DNA of 63,566 nucleotides, counting the filler, from Choristocarpus tenellus KU-1152 (Eukaryota > Protista > Phaeophyceae), in assembly GCA_964200185.2 (NCBI GenBank). It is 13 parts of 13 records of this genome, joined end to end, with 100 filler letters (N's around TTAATTAATTAA, not from the genome) between each part and the next. Parts side by side here need not be neighbours in the genome. Positions count along the whole stretch, not along the records: positions 11,054 to 15,877 come from CAXNAD020012928.1; positions 15,978 to 18,974 come from CAXNAD020023044.1; positions 19,075 to 25,313 come from CAXNAD020008595.1; 10 more parts are not named here. One strand, 5' to 3'. Positions 11,793-24,700 of this stretch are shown here, one piece after another. The translations under genes and the position numbers were made by a program. The stretch's first letter is position 1; each line of letters starts with the position of its first letter. The notes beneath the pieces are model-generated. The model had not been told where the DNA came from, did not search any database, and was given only the letters and a program-made list of their open reading frames with translations.

Positions 11793-14700
11793 ATGGCCTT
11801 CATCGGTCGGAGACAATTACAACCTAGTATGTCCTCCTTACTCTTGTTGCTGCTTTTCCCTCTTCTAGGCAACGGACATACGGCCATTTCTGCTTCTCAG
11901 ACAAGCAGTGCATTTACTACACCTTGCCATGTGCGACATCTCCTATCCATTTCAGGAGACACCCGACCCGCATTTCACCGTGTCTGTGCACATCGACTCT
12001 CCGCTAGAGATAAAGGACAAGGTGGTAGCGACACTCTAAGGAAGGGAAAGGAAGATAAGAAGCGAATACGGGTAACTTCCGAGAAGGAGATGTGCTCTTT
12101 GCTTGAAGGAGGCACGGAGCTTTTTGACCTAGATGTTCGTGGGGACTCATACGAAGTGCTTCGGGATCGTGAGGACGAGCATCCTGTGCTAGAAGTGCTA
12201 AGGAAGCGAATTGCCTCTGGCTCGAAACCTGGAAAACGCGAGGATGGCTTGAAGGCGAGATTTGCCTCATATCTCACTTCTAGTGGGAGTCAAGAGGCTT
12301 ATTCTCGCTCTCATGTAATCCGTGGGTGTTCTCCATATAAATCATCCGATAATATATACTCACGAAATTGCAAAGTGAAATCACTGGTCCACACCCCCTT
12401 ACCGAACGGATTGGTTTCCAATTGCACATGTAAGAGGTTGATCGACATTGTGCTGGTTGCGTTTTTGTAGTGTACGATACAAGTGGGTGGATATGTTGTA
12501 TAACCTTGTAATTATCACCACAACCACCTGAAATGTACTATAGTTTATGACCTTGAACTGTAATGCGGGCTTGCTGATCCTGTTTCCATTTGTACAAGAG
12601 GTATTTTAAACCATCAAACTTGAATTTGTCACTGCAAAATTCCACCATGCAGTCCATGCTTTTTGCGACATATTTTTTTTACCTCTTAACTTTCCATGTC
12701 TCTTCTGATTGCGGCTTACTGTGGTCTAGGTGGGATTAGCAATAGAGGGAGGTGGCATGCGGGGATGCGTGTCAGCAGGGATGGTTGCCGCCATCGTTAA
12801 GCTTGGTCTAATGGATACCTTTGACTCTGTTTATGGATCATCAGCGGGAAGCCTTGTTGGGACATATGCCATTGCTGCCCAGGTGTGGTACAAATACAGT
12901 GATAATGGTTTTGGTCTCCAGCATGCCAGTAAGTGGCAGGGCGGATTTGATCGTATCTTTTTATGTTGTTCATGTTTGTGCATCTACATTTGAGGCTCTA
13001 TCCAACCTCTTTGCTGCTCTGGTCCTCTATTAGTTCCTGTGCCCACACGAGTTTGTGTAAGTGAATTTTTATTGTATCCTACGTATCATATGCGTTCTGG
13101 TTGCCTTAAATAAGCCACCTCTTTGTCAAACAATTACAATAGTTCCCAAAACTGTGCTGTGCATATGCTGTAACATTGATGTGATTGGTAGACCAACAGG
13201 AACAGTAGATTAGGGCATTACACCCTTGTTGTTGCCATGATTGATGAAGATGTTTTGAAAAATTTTGACTCATGCACAGCATATATCATATATCTTGTGG
13301 ACCTCAACAGTGGTTGATGTAGGATTCTGAATCTTATCCCCCCCACCCACTGGTTTCCACTTCTGTATTTCCCTTGCCTTCTTGCAGGACAGCATGCCAC
13401 GTTTAGGGTGTAGTGTGTATTACGACGCACTCACAGGTCCTGGTAGGCACTTCATTGACACAAGGTCAAAGTCACACACCTTTGCTTGCTTGCTTATTGG
13501 GTCGGGGGAGACAAGACCAAGGGGAGAAGTGACCATGGACATAAAAGTATATTTTTGTGTGGATAGTATTCAGGGGTATGATTGTTGAGCATGATTTGTG
13601 TGTTACTACTGTGGAAGTGGTGCTGTAGTACAATCAATGAATGATCTGGATGGGAGTGCCTTCCCCTCATGCTTCCAGTGCTGTGAGTCACCAATCATGT
13701 TGCATTCTGTTTTTGTAGTACTTTCCTTATCTTTATCCCTGCTTAGTGGTGCAAAGTGATATGCATGAAGGCCATTTTCATGATTTCTGTTGGCAGGGCA
13801 GTTAATCCTTCTTCAGCAGTGCCGCATGACTGACTGGCTGTATCATGTGTTCTGTGATGATGGCCTGTCAAAGTGGTCTGTCTCACTGGAATGCTGTATT
13901 TTGTATTGTGAATCCTTGAAGCGACTTCAATATCAGTCATCAGTGGTCTAGTACTGTTTCTAAGTGGGTGTTCTGGTATCCTAGCAGACATGCAATTATT
14001 TTGGGAGCTACAAATAAAGTAGGGACACAACCTACTCTATGGCTGCACAGAAGAGGGTCATGTCTTGTGAACTGACGTAGGGACTGGGGTAAAACTTAAA
14101 AATATTAGACATACGGTAAGTACTCTGCAAACACCCCAACATAACTATGTGACCAACTCACAGAATGGTCAAACATTTCCTTGCCCCGACCTTTCCTCGC
14201 CCATCCCTCTATCCAGTTGATTTTAGACCATATGTTGCAAACCTAGCAGATCTTGTTCTCTGTGTGGTGTGAACTTGTGATCATTTCAGGTACATTTTTC
14301 GCGCAATGGGATTGGGACTTTTGGGAACAGCAGTGACACGCTGGCGTGGACTCTCTGAGCTAATCAGGCAGGCAAGTGGTATTGGTCAACTGAGAAAAGT
14401 GTGTTTTACTTGGTCTGCACTGCATATCATGGAATAGATGGAATGCTTATTGTATTTCCACAGGTGGAGATTCCTGTGTTGTGGTAAGCTGTTTGGTCCA
14501 TGCAGACTATTATTAATATGGTTGAAGTATTTATTTTTCTTGTATTTTTGATACTGCTCATTGCTTGATGATGATACAGACTAAAACACAGAGTTGTGTA
14601 TACTGTGTGTCCTACAGTAGCATGATAGGTTTGTTGGAGCCATATATGGTCGACTGAAAAATAGTGCCAAACAACATGTGTGGCATGGCCTCAGTGCCTA

Positions 14701-15149
14701 CCATGACCAGCAGAGCTTGCTTCCATTTCGATGGACATGGTCTAACACTGCTCTTCAGTCCAGTCTCAGTGACGATATGACTCTCCTGTATGTTGTTGTA
14801 AGCTTGTTGGGTTTTCCTCTTCCGGGGCACCGCCTTTGATGCTGCTTTCCCTTCCCTTTCCTGTAAGCACTACATGCAATTAATTTGCAATTGTGCCTAG
14901 ATCATTCACTAATTGAATGCTGTACTGCCCATATTATTTTCTTTTTATGGTAATGCCTTCTTGTTTTCTTGTCTGACGAATGTACTTTTTGCTACTTACA
15001 CCTTACTTTGATCCTATTCCGTTGGTTTGTGTTATGCGGAACAGAAGTATGGCACACCAGTGCTTAAACTCGATTACCTCCTGCAAGATGTTGTGGAGAA
15101 CCAACGCCCTTTGGACTGGGGACGCTTCTGGGCTATGCAGGACAAGCAG
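11793..15149 (+). CDS. Patatin-like phospholipase, probably plastid- or ER-targeted; 5' part, spliced
   Basis: Exons 11793 (or ATG 11829)-12254, 12730-12882, 13388-13464, 14290-14371 and 15045-15149 are phase-compatible. They encode KREDGLK|VGLAIEGGGMRG (oxyanion GGGxRG) and VYGSSAGS (GxSxG nucleophile). The N-terminus is hydrophobic MSSLLLLLLFPLLG followed by SSAFTT and a Ser/Arg-rich stretch. Confidence 0.9.
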
Positions 15150-15812
15150 GTGTCCCCTTGCTGCCCCTCCCCCCTCCCCTCTTCCCTCCACTCCAAAATG
15201 TAATCTTGATTGTGCTCAGGGATATGAATGTCATGGTGCACTCTACTGAAATGCGGTATGTCAACATGAAAAGGTACTAGTACTGGGTACTGGTCTGATT
15301 GAGCGGAAGACATGATTTCTTGACCCAAAGAAAGAGGATGGGAGAGTGCCAGCCCTGGGTTGTAGGAGTATAAGTTATTGCTTAGTGTGAATTCACTTCT
15401 CCTTTGCTAGTATCAAGTGTCCAGTGCATGTGGAACATCATGGGAGGGGGGAAGCTAGATTTGGGTTGACTTGGCCTGGAAAGGTTGATGCCATTGGTGC
15501 AGTATACTGATATTGAAAGGTTGTAGTGTTAAGATCGATAGCACTATAGTGTGAAAAAACATTGCCATAATGCAAATAGCAGCACTATGATGGGAATGAG
15601 AACATAGTATCTCAAGCTTGTGTGCTTTGAATTATGGTGTAGTGTCAACATTATCATGTGAAAATTGCCCTTGGAGCAGGAATAATTGTCCTCCATTCTA
15701 TGAGGTTACTTTGACTAAGGATCACATAAACACGGTACATCCCAGGCGAGCGTTCACATCTATGACCTCACCCCAACTTCAATCTGACTACCCCTCTCCC
15801 TCCCCAGCAATC

Positions 15813-15877
15813 GGGTCAAAGTATCAGGGGGGGGATGCCGACGTCCCTTTTTGACCTTGGCTCAAAGTATCTGGGGG
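15813..15877 (+). mobile_element. Double (nested) terminus of the AAAGTATCT MITE family at a contig end
   Basis: GGGTCAAAGTATCAGGGGG at 15813 is followed by GGCTCAAAGTATCTGGGGG at 15859. Confidence 0.75.
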
Positions 15878-17691
15878 NNNNNNNNNNNNNNNNNNNNNNN
15901 NNNNNNNNNNNNNNNNNNNNNTTAATTAATTAANNNNNNNNNNNNNNNNNNNNNNNNNNNNNNNNNNNNNNNNNNNNCATGGAGGTACCCACTTCACTTA
16001 CGGCACTTGTGGATTGTGTAGAAAGGCGGACCCGATGTATTTGAAGGCATCTTGCAGAGGTTTCCCGTGGCACAAGGCATGGCTTCCACTTTATTCCCCT
16101 CCCCTACCAGCAACGTACTGTACTGCTGTGTGGTCATGACTCAGGAAGAAAGGCACTTTTCGTGAGAAAATTTTTACGCGCGCATGTCGAAAAAAGCAGT
16201 ACAAAATGGGGGTTTGGTACATAATAGTTGGCATATCATCGGGGTAGGTACTGTATAGACATAATTTGTAAGTGATTGAACATGTACATGTGGACAGTCA
16301 TGTTCATATCGATTATGAAGCGGAAGAAAGAGGATAGATTCCACAAAAAAATGGATTTTCCTTTCGTCGTATCCACAAAGAGGAGAGTGTATGACGTCTT
16401 TTTTACGACCACTCATACCTTTTGGAGATGATTCAGTCCTGGAAAAAAATGTAAGTCCGAATGTACTTACAATTATTTAACCTGCCATGACAAGATTGAC
16501 ATTTTGAAATATTTTCTTAGTTGAGAACCCTCACAATTCAAAACTCGCATCTTGACAACATCTCACAATTCAGAACACAAATCTTGACAACATTTATAAA
16601 CATGTACAACTACTACGGTTGTTACATCGTCTATATTGATCATATTTTTTTGTCTTAAAAAAAGGATTTGTGTTTCCTCTCGACCTATCCTCGTGGGAAA
16701 ATGTCAGGCGGTTTTGACTCAGATGGGCGCGTTGAAATATCGTGTTTTCCTTTGTGAGTGAAGTGAACACACGTATCAAAATTCTACTACGCTCTCGCAC
16801 CTTTGTTGATTGTGAACTGGGGTGAACAACATGTGCTCCCCTATTGTAACCCAGAGACGTATATACACCTCTGTAGAAACTTACCACATATGTGACAGCT
16901 TAAGAGGGGGGGAGTGGTAGAGATTCTAAAAGAACAGAACATCCCCTACGACATTACCCCCGAGAGGGGAGTAGCAACCCATTGGGTGTGAAGACACAAG
17001 ACAATTATTTGCAAAGACGTAGCATGCGGAAACGTGTGTGCTGCACTTTTGAAAAAAACAAAAGTTGCGCCAAGAGCTTCCTGCCTTCAAGGTTCGGGTT
17101 GCTGTAGAAAACAGACCACAAACCACCCTTCGAGTCCCAAGTGTGTTTGATCATTTAAATAAACTTTCCAATCTGTTTATTACGTTTTACTCATATAGCG
17201 TGGCCCCGGGCAATACGTTGCTTGCCAGCTCCCGTCCTGATTTGCATATAAAATTTTATGAAGGGGGAAAAACATAAAAATCCTAAAACTTTGGACCTAC
17301 CATACATCGGGACCTCCTGCGTGCCTCAGGGAGCCCTGTGCATGCATCACCCTTTCCTGTTGGCATGTGAGACAGAAGCTATATATCCTGTGCATGGGGT
17401 TTCATATTTTTGGAGCTTGCTGGAACGTGGAGGAGGTGTCCCACACATTTGTCCCTTCAAACTTGGAGGGTACGACCCAGCACTTCACCTCGGCACTTCA
17501 AGATGTTCGTGGCTACCCGCTACAGATCAGATACCATCCTGCTTTTGTTTCGCCGTCTCTCCTTCTATGATTTTCAGGGCTTTCCGCAACGCTACAGTGT
17601 TTTCTCAGTTCAGCATTTGCTGTCTCCTCGGAATGACTTTCAGCGCGCATAAATGTATCTTATTGGAGGGGGGGGTAGAGAGCTGCGCCCA

Positions 17692-17957
17692 GAGTGAAAG
17701 TATCTTAGAGAGGGAACGAGTTTTGCCCCGTTCGTCCATTTGGGGCTTGGCTTTCCACGGGGTTTTATATGACTTTTTCCTACGCCGAAATGTTTCGAAG
17801 TAGTAAAATGTTTTTCTTAGTTATGAAAACTGGTGTGTCCGGAACAAGGATATTGACACTTTCCTAACAAACACGATAGCCAAAATGACATCAAATGGCA
17901 ACATTGGATTTTGACCCCCAAATGGACACAGCTCTACCCTCTAAGATACTTTGACTC
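17692..17957 (+). mobile_element. MITE, AAAGTATCT family type A (266 bp)
   Basis: TIRs GAGTGAAAGTATCTTAGAG...TACCCTCTAAGATACTTTGACTC; flanks ccca/tcca; the internal sequence is shared with the copies at 18007, 20847 and 49223. Confidence 0.9.
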
Positions 17958-18006
17958 TCCATCTAGGTGCCTCAGCGTGTATCCCTCCCTCTGGGTGACT
18001 GCAAAA

Positions 18007-18269
18007 AAGTGAAAGTATCTTAGAGGGTACGAGTTTTTCCCTGCTTGCCCATTTGGAGCTTGGCTTCCCATGGTCTTTTTTTATGGCATTTTCACACTCC
18101 AAAATGTTTCGAAGTAGATGAAATGTGTACGTTATGAAAAAAAGGTGTATCTGGTACAAGGATATTGATCGTGAGTAACAAACACAATAGTTAAAATTAC
18201 ATCAAAATTGCAAGCTTGGATATTGGCTCCCAAATGGACACAGCTCTACCCTATCAGATACTTTGACTC
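18007..18269 (+). mobile_element. MITE, AAAGTATCT family type A (263 bp)
   Basis: AAGTGAAAGTATCTTAGAGGGTA...TACCCTATCAGATACTTTGACTC, colinear with 17692-17957. Confidence 0.9.
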
Positions 18270-18479
18270 AAACAAAATAAATAAGTACGGTACGGGATTT
18301 CACCATAACACCGGCTTAGGGGTCCTATCGTGGACACTCCCCCGTTCACAACACCATAACCACGACAACAACTGTGTGGTTATGGACCCAAATGCCTCTC
18401 ACGGTCGGCTACAGGTAGGGGGTCCTGCCATGGAAAGACTTAACTTTCCCGTAGGAACTATGAACGCAGACCCAGACTA

Positions 18480-18800
18480 TGTGGGATGGGGGGAAGGGGG
18501 TTCTACAGTAGGGTGTGTCCATATTCGGGCCATAACCACCACACGACAACCGCACCTACTACATTTATCGGTACGACGTATGCAACCAAACCACCCAAAA
18601 ATCGGGACATTCAAAAATTGGCCCCAAATGGGCAACCGCCACCTCCTCCCAGATACTTTCAACCAACATACGAAAGACAAGGAAGAGATCGAAGAACGTC
18701 TCCTACCGAGTGAAAGTATCTTGGAGGGTAAGATTGCCCTGTTTGTCCATTTGGGGCTTGGTTTCCCTCGGGGATTATATCACAAACGACCATCGAATGT
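18480..18800. mobile_element. Degenerate type B MITE (~18480-18664) followed by a truncated type A left end (from 18708)
   Basis: CCCAGATACTTTCAACC ends at 18664; GAGTGAAAGTATCTTGGAGGGTA...TGTCCATTTGGGGCTTGG starts at 18708. Confidence 0.7.
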
Positions 18801-19100
18801 AGTATGAAAAAGTAACTATTCTCGTTCCCCCGGGTGGTAGCTGATTGACAGTGCAATTCTCATCATGGTGATATTTCCTCTTATATACATGAGAGGGGGG
18901 GGGGGGAAAAAATTAATAATGCATGTTGGGAGATCCGGCACTTTCACTCGACACGACTTTTGTGCATCAAAAGANNNNNNNNNNNNNNNNNNNNNNNNNN
19001 NNNNNNNNNNNNNNNNNNTTAATTAATTAANNNNNNNNNNNNNNNNNNNNNNNNNNNNNNNNNNNNNNNNNNNNCTTCCAGAACTCAGCTTTGGGGGTCA

Positions 19101-19281
19101 GGCTCAAAGTATCTGGGGGGAGGTGGCTGTCTACACCAGGGTGTCCATTCGGGGCCGGACCAGGAAAAGTGCACCTACATTATCCATCCGACGCATGCAA
19201 CCAAATCAACCAAAAATCGCGAGATGGAAAAATGGGCCCTGAATGGGCAGTCACCACCACCCCCCCCAGATACTTTGAACC
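19101..19281 (+). mobile_element. MITE, AAAGTATCT family type B (181 bp, poly-G/poly-C TIRs)
   Basis: GGCTCAAAGTATCTGGGGGG...CCCCCCCAGATACTTTGAACC; similar to 49417-49601 in the opposite orientation. Confidence 0.85.
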
Positions 19282-19609
19282 AGACACACGAGTCATATAA
19301 AGATGGGCAAGGATCTGTACCAGACATACTCCAGGAGTGCATACAAATAATACTCATTCTGTCCCATTGGTCAGGGCCGTTACGTTGTAACTCTTCTGGA
19401 TGACCTCCGATTACAAAACGGACCTTTGCGTTGGATTCCTTGGAATATTTTACATTAGAATATTGAATATCAAAGAATTCTACAAAGAATTCTACAAAGA
19501 ATTATGTTCTGAAATGGTTCCGAAAGAATGCAATATAGAATGGTGCATATTCTTATCATTTTCATGTTCCTGCTGCAGCGTGGAGTCTCACAACACTCTC
19601 ACAACCCCC

Positions 19610-21168
19610 ATGGCGAACCCCCACAGCCCGTCTTCCTCGGCACAAAGCCCATCGTCTCGGAGAAAGAACTGCGAGCTGACCGAGGAAGGTCGTACTGCAC
19701 TTGCTCTGCATTACGCATTGGCTCTTCCTCCAGGTCACGAGAGGCTCCAGAGGGTTGTGGAGTCAAAATTGGCAAAAGAGTTTGAAGTGGGAGAGAGACA
19801 CCCTAGATGGGTGTGGGTGCGCGTCAAAGAACAATTAGGAGGAATACTGTCTCCCCAAAATCACAAGCACGATCTGGACGGCCGTCAGACTTTATGACAA
19901 CGAAAAAAGAGAAAATCCGGAAATTCAATGCCAATAATCACACTAGCTATCGACCAACTTTCTGCCAAGCTCGCCGAAGCGGGCCTTGCAGTCGGCAGCT
20001 CAAAGTTTTACCGCTGTCTCGAAACAATGGGGACAACAAGAGTTCAGCGGCGCGTCACCCCTATCCTTTCTTTTTCTCGCAAGAAGAACAGGTTGGACTT
20101 CATCCTCGACCGGATCTTCCGCAACCTCAAGACCTACAGGATTGGTCTCAACACCATACATATCGACGAGGCATGGTTCTACCTCATCTGCGAACAAAAG
20201 ATGATGTGTATTATGTTCCTGAGGGAAGAAAATGTGGGCTTGACGAAGGTGCAGTACAAGAGTCACATTCCCAAGGTGATGTTCATCTCCGCCATTTCGC
20301 GCCCAGATCCTTCCCATGATTTCGACGGCAAGATCGGGATCTGGTAAGTTTGCGTCACGAAGGAGGTGCAACAGACTACAGCGCAGTACACGAAGGGCAA
20401 GGAAGACGAGGTTGACATCACCGTCAATGCCGTCAATACCGAGTGGTACCTGGAGTGGTTTACGTGGAGCAGCTGTTTTCAGTGATCAAGCGAAAAATGC
20501 CGTGGCTGGAATCCAGGGGGGGAGCTCCATACAGCAGGATGGCATGACCCCGCGTATGGGCAAGGGCACAGTGCAGAAGCGGAACGCAGCAGGGATGGAG
20601 GAGGGATGGAACATTAAGTTCGTGACACAGCCAGCACAGTCGCCAGATCTCAACATCAGTTATTTGGGGGGTCTTGCATCTCTGCAGAGCAGGTTTGGGG
20701 CAGAGCGTTACGGCACCGTTGATGAACTTTTTGATGGGGTTTCAAGCATGTTCCACGTGTACGACACAGACAAGCTCCAATCAGGTGTTAAGGGTGCTGG
20801 CGAGGAACGATTTTGAGGTAGAGCACACCGGGACCAAAAAGAGGCTGAGTGAAAGTATCTTAGAGGGTACGAGTGTTGCCCTGTTTGTCCATTTGGGACT
20901 TGGCTTCCCATGGGGTTTTTTAAGATATTTTGCCAACTCCAAAATGTTTCGGAGTAGGTAATATGTATATGTTATGAAATGGTGTGTCCGGAACAAGGAT
21001 ACTGACACTTCCGACAGATAAAATTACATGGAAATCGCAACATTGGATTTTGGCCCCGAAATGGACGCGACCCTACCCTCTAAGATACTTTGACTCGGCT
21101 GCCGGATGACGGGTTAGATAGATCAGTTGAAGTAGACCTAGTGGCCTCCACGGTGCCCCTGTATTGGT
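19610..21168 (+). pseudogene. Mariner transposase pseudogene
   Basis: Split over ORFs 19400-19897, 19928-20347, 20316-20816 and 20674-20961 by frameshifts and stops. The third catalytic Asp position reads Tyr (SPDLNISY). The C-terminus is interrupted by the MITE at 20847-21096. Confidence 0.88.
20847..21096 (+). mobile_element. MITE, AAAGTATCT family type A (250 bp), inserted in the mariner transposase with a 4-bp TSD
   Basis: Perfect GGCT duplication at 20843-20846 and 21097-21100. Removing the element and one GGCT restores the frame EHTGTKKRLPDDGLDRSVEVD. Confidence 0.93.
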
Positions 21169-21717
21169 AGATGATGTTGAATAAAGGCAAGACATGGTTA
21201 ATGTAAAATATTCCAAGGAATCCAACGCAAAGGTTTGTTTTGTAATCAGAGGTCATCTTGAATACCTACAACTTAACAGCCCAGTTTTATGGGATAGAGG
21301 GAGTATGTATAGCAAGTAATCTGTGATCAGTGATTAGTGATACACAAAATAGGACAGACTTGGAGAAAGAGAACCCCCTCTCCTTGGGCTTGAAGGCTCA
21401 CTCCTCGTTTCTTACTTAATCTACAAGCTGTCCAACCCATTAAGGAATAAGCAAAAGCAATTTACATACACAAGTCTAGGGAGCATCAGCTTCTTTAAGA
21501 ACCCATCCCAGGAGAGGCCATGTTCACACAGTATTGTGGGTATGGGTAGTGCAGTTTGGAATGATGCAAATGTCGAGAGTACATCATTTGATGTCAGGAT
21601 AGTCACAGTAGAGTCGTTCATCTTTTATCAACCCCATACAGATTTTTCAACTAGGTCTTGCCTTCTACTTTCTATAGTTATGGCTTCCGTTTACTTTGAC
21701 CCTGCAGTAACGTACTA

Positions 21718-21761
21718 AGCAGTAGCAGTAGCAGTAGCAGTAGCAGTAGCAGCAACAGCAA
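21718..21761. repeat. (AGTAGC)n microsatellite
   Basis: agcagtagcagtagcagtagc... seen directly. Confidence 0.9.
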
Positions 21762-24700
21762 TACAGTACTAATTCTGTTCATAACGTGTCAGCATTTTGC
21801 TTAGTTGGTAGCATCCGGTCATCCATTAGCAATCAATTTAATCGTGTCAAATATTATTGACGGTAGAGTCACAGTGGTGATACACTGGTAAATATTCCTT
21901 GAACTAGTAATAATACTGTGAATAGGTGAAAACACGCTTAATACGCTTCGTCGCACACAAGAAAACTTGTTTCATGATTGAGCACATGTTCCTCTCCAAG
22001 GGATAAACACAAGCATGACACCAGATCAGCATGAGAGAAATGTCAGGGGGCTCGTTGGCAGCAATACAAATTCTTCCAACAAAGAAAACTCATCTTGTTC
22101 CACCTCAGAGAATCAAACGCCCCTCAAATTTCTACATGAAAAATCCCACTCTGATCGTAAGAAGTTTGGTCTTAAATGGTTGTGTGTTATGTACAGCTCA
22201 AAGAAGCACACCAAGAATGATTGCACAATCAATGGGTGATATTACAACTGACTGTGGCAGGAGGACCTCATCAGAACAAGACGACTGCACTGGATAACAT
22301 GGGTACTGATTGGAACTGGAGGACAGCAGCAGTGGACAACTAATGGTGGTTCTACTCCTCCCTAACCCTAAGTGGCTGAGACTAACAACAGGGAAATGAT
22401 TGGATAGGAGAAATTTTGCTGTGATCTAAGATGCATCGATCAGCATGACCAATGTTGCAAACCTACACATCATGCAAGTGCACTTCATGCAGTGATACAG
22501 TAAGGAGAGTATGAGTCTTGGTAGTGGATATATTCATACTGATCGAGGAGTACGGGATATTTGACCTGAAGATAGTGGCACTTGAGATGAGTCTACCCGG
22601 AAGAAAAGTTGTGCACGTACCCAATTTAGCCATCGATATATTGTTTTCTCATTCTGTCCGTCTGTATGTGTTTATGTCAGAAGGGGAACTTAAGTAGAAT
22701 ACCCAATGCCATCACCCTCTCGGATGGAGAGAGAAGATCCTCAGAATTTACGATACTAGTGTGGAGCATATATATTTTGATATATATGTCACATGCGATA
22801 TTTGATTAGTTATGTTTCTGATTGTATGAACCCAGTGTGACACGTTCCCCATATCATACGACCTTGCGATACACAATGATACCATTGATTCCCTATCCCA
22901 TGTGTTCGGTGTTTGTGTGTTACACCTACCTAGGTTTGTCTTGGGTACGTTTTGCACTTTTGTTGATTAATTATTTTGTATTTTTTCATTTATTGTGAGG
23001 TGTGTGTTTTCTTCATCTCAATCCATTTCAGTTCATTGTTTGGGACCCCTCAGACTATTGCGAAAGTAACAATGATAATGGCATACAAAATAGGGACTGG
23101 CCTGAAGGGTGGACCTGGGACCTGTCTGGTTACCTTTCGGTCCAGTTTAAAGTTCTGCCCAGAAGCTACAAAAAGTACCTACTGTACGAACTTCATAGGT
23201 TCCATAGATTCTTAGGAAAACGATGAAACTTACATTTCTAGCGGATTTCTTGAACCTTACAGTGCTCTTATCTACTAGTGTATGCGATGAAAATAGAGAA
23301 GCTTAACTGCTGTTATTGTTCAGGGATGCAATGTACAGACTCTGGAGAGGTTTGCAATTTAGGCAGTGGTGGAGTAGAGTGTGGTGGTCAATGGTGGTGT
23401 GAAAGAAGCCGCCATCAGTACTTTGGGTTGAGCTTGGAAGTCAGAGCTTGATACCATACCACCAAAAGGATGAGCTATCGACTCTTCCACACTTAACTGA
23501 CTGTAACCCCCGCTGTATTGAGAAAAATGCCTGATCTACCTAAATAATTTGCTGATTCCATATGATATGATAAGTTCAAAAAAAGCAATAATGATGAATT
23601 CATCACACTGTTCATCAACAAACACTGAGACAAAGTAAAGTGTCCTCACACAACAAACTTGAGTAGTCCTCAGTTCACCTCATTCCTCGTTTACCTTGCC
23701 TTCCACCAACTCTTCAAACAGTAAGACCGTGAAAGTCGGAATTCGCCAAGAAAGCACTCAAGCAAAGCTTGGAAAAGTAATGCAACTCTCCTTGCACAAG
23801 AGAACACGCAAGACTGTGACAACCAGAATTAGCAACCAAGCAAGCACTCAAGCAAAGCTCGGAAAGGTCCGTCGTCGCCAGTCATCTCTCCCTGTGCTGG
23901 GGAAGATATCAGTAGACTGCACAACCACGCCAGAAAAAAACAATACTACAATACAGCATAAAACAGCTCATTTATGTTCAACATTGAAATAGTGTATGAC
24001 AGGATCTACCAGTATCAAATAGTGAAATAAAGGTGAAACTTAACTTAGTATACTATGCTCTCATGCAACTTTGATTTTGTTTTCCATGTCCACTCCTCAC
24101 CCGCCATCCATGCATCCAATGCATATAGTGTGCACACACAGGAACAAACAACATGAAGGAAAAAATAAAGAACAACTTCAAGTCTTACTATGAATCTTCT
24201 TCATGCCTCCTCTCCCCGCCCGCCCCAATAAATTGCCTAATGATGCGATCTCAGTAAAAAACGTTGATTCAGCCCAAGGACTTAATACAACAATGAAATT
24301 TAAAACAGGCACCATTGTGCATACGACAACATCATTATACATGATAGAACCACACAAACAACAAAGTACACCCTACCCTTTATCAATATTCACGCCCAAC
24401 CCACCTGCTTGGAAAAGCAAAAGCTAAGCTACTGTAGCAGAACAGCGGTGGAGCTACTGTACAACCACAGTAGATCAAGATGACACAATAAAAACTCAAA
24501 ACGAAATATCCACTTCCCCAAATCCACATCCTTCTATCCTTCCCTCAAAACTCCCTCCACCACACAGTAGAGAATGTCCTTGCTCCAGTTCAATGGTACC
24601 AATCACTCAATGCACAGCACTCTGATCAACACAAAGACATGCAGTCCCCAATCAAAAAGTTAACACACAACCACAAAGATGGAACGAAAGGAGGTTTGAC

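Larger units (their letters stand above)
19353..21303 (+). mobile_element. Tc1/mariner transposon of the plant-mariner (DD39D-related) group; both ends present, transposase inactivated
   Basis: ~105-bp inverted repeats at 19353-19457 and 21199-21303, both flanked by TA; the right end reads ...ATGGGATAGAGGGAG|TA (Stowaway-type). The internal frameshifted transposase has HIDEAWFY, KVMFISAISRP, FDGKIGIW, IQQD and QPAQSPDLNI. Confidence 0.92.

Noticed and set aside
16530-16595. Short direct repeats here (~32 bp x2) and at ~23745-23867, ~57840-57871 and ~59547-59580
   Set aside because: Ordinary local duplications with no further structure.
22015-22240. Copia gag zinc-knuckle-like peptide (KWLCVMYSSKKHTKNDC)
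   Set aside because: The motif is incomplete and I recognised no adjacent pol or LTR.
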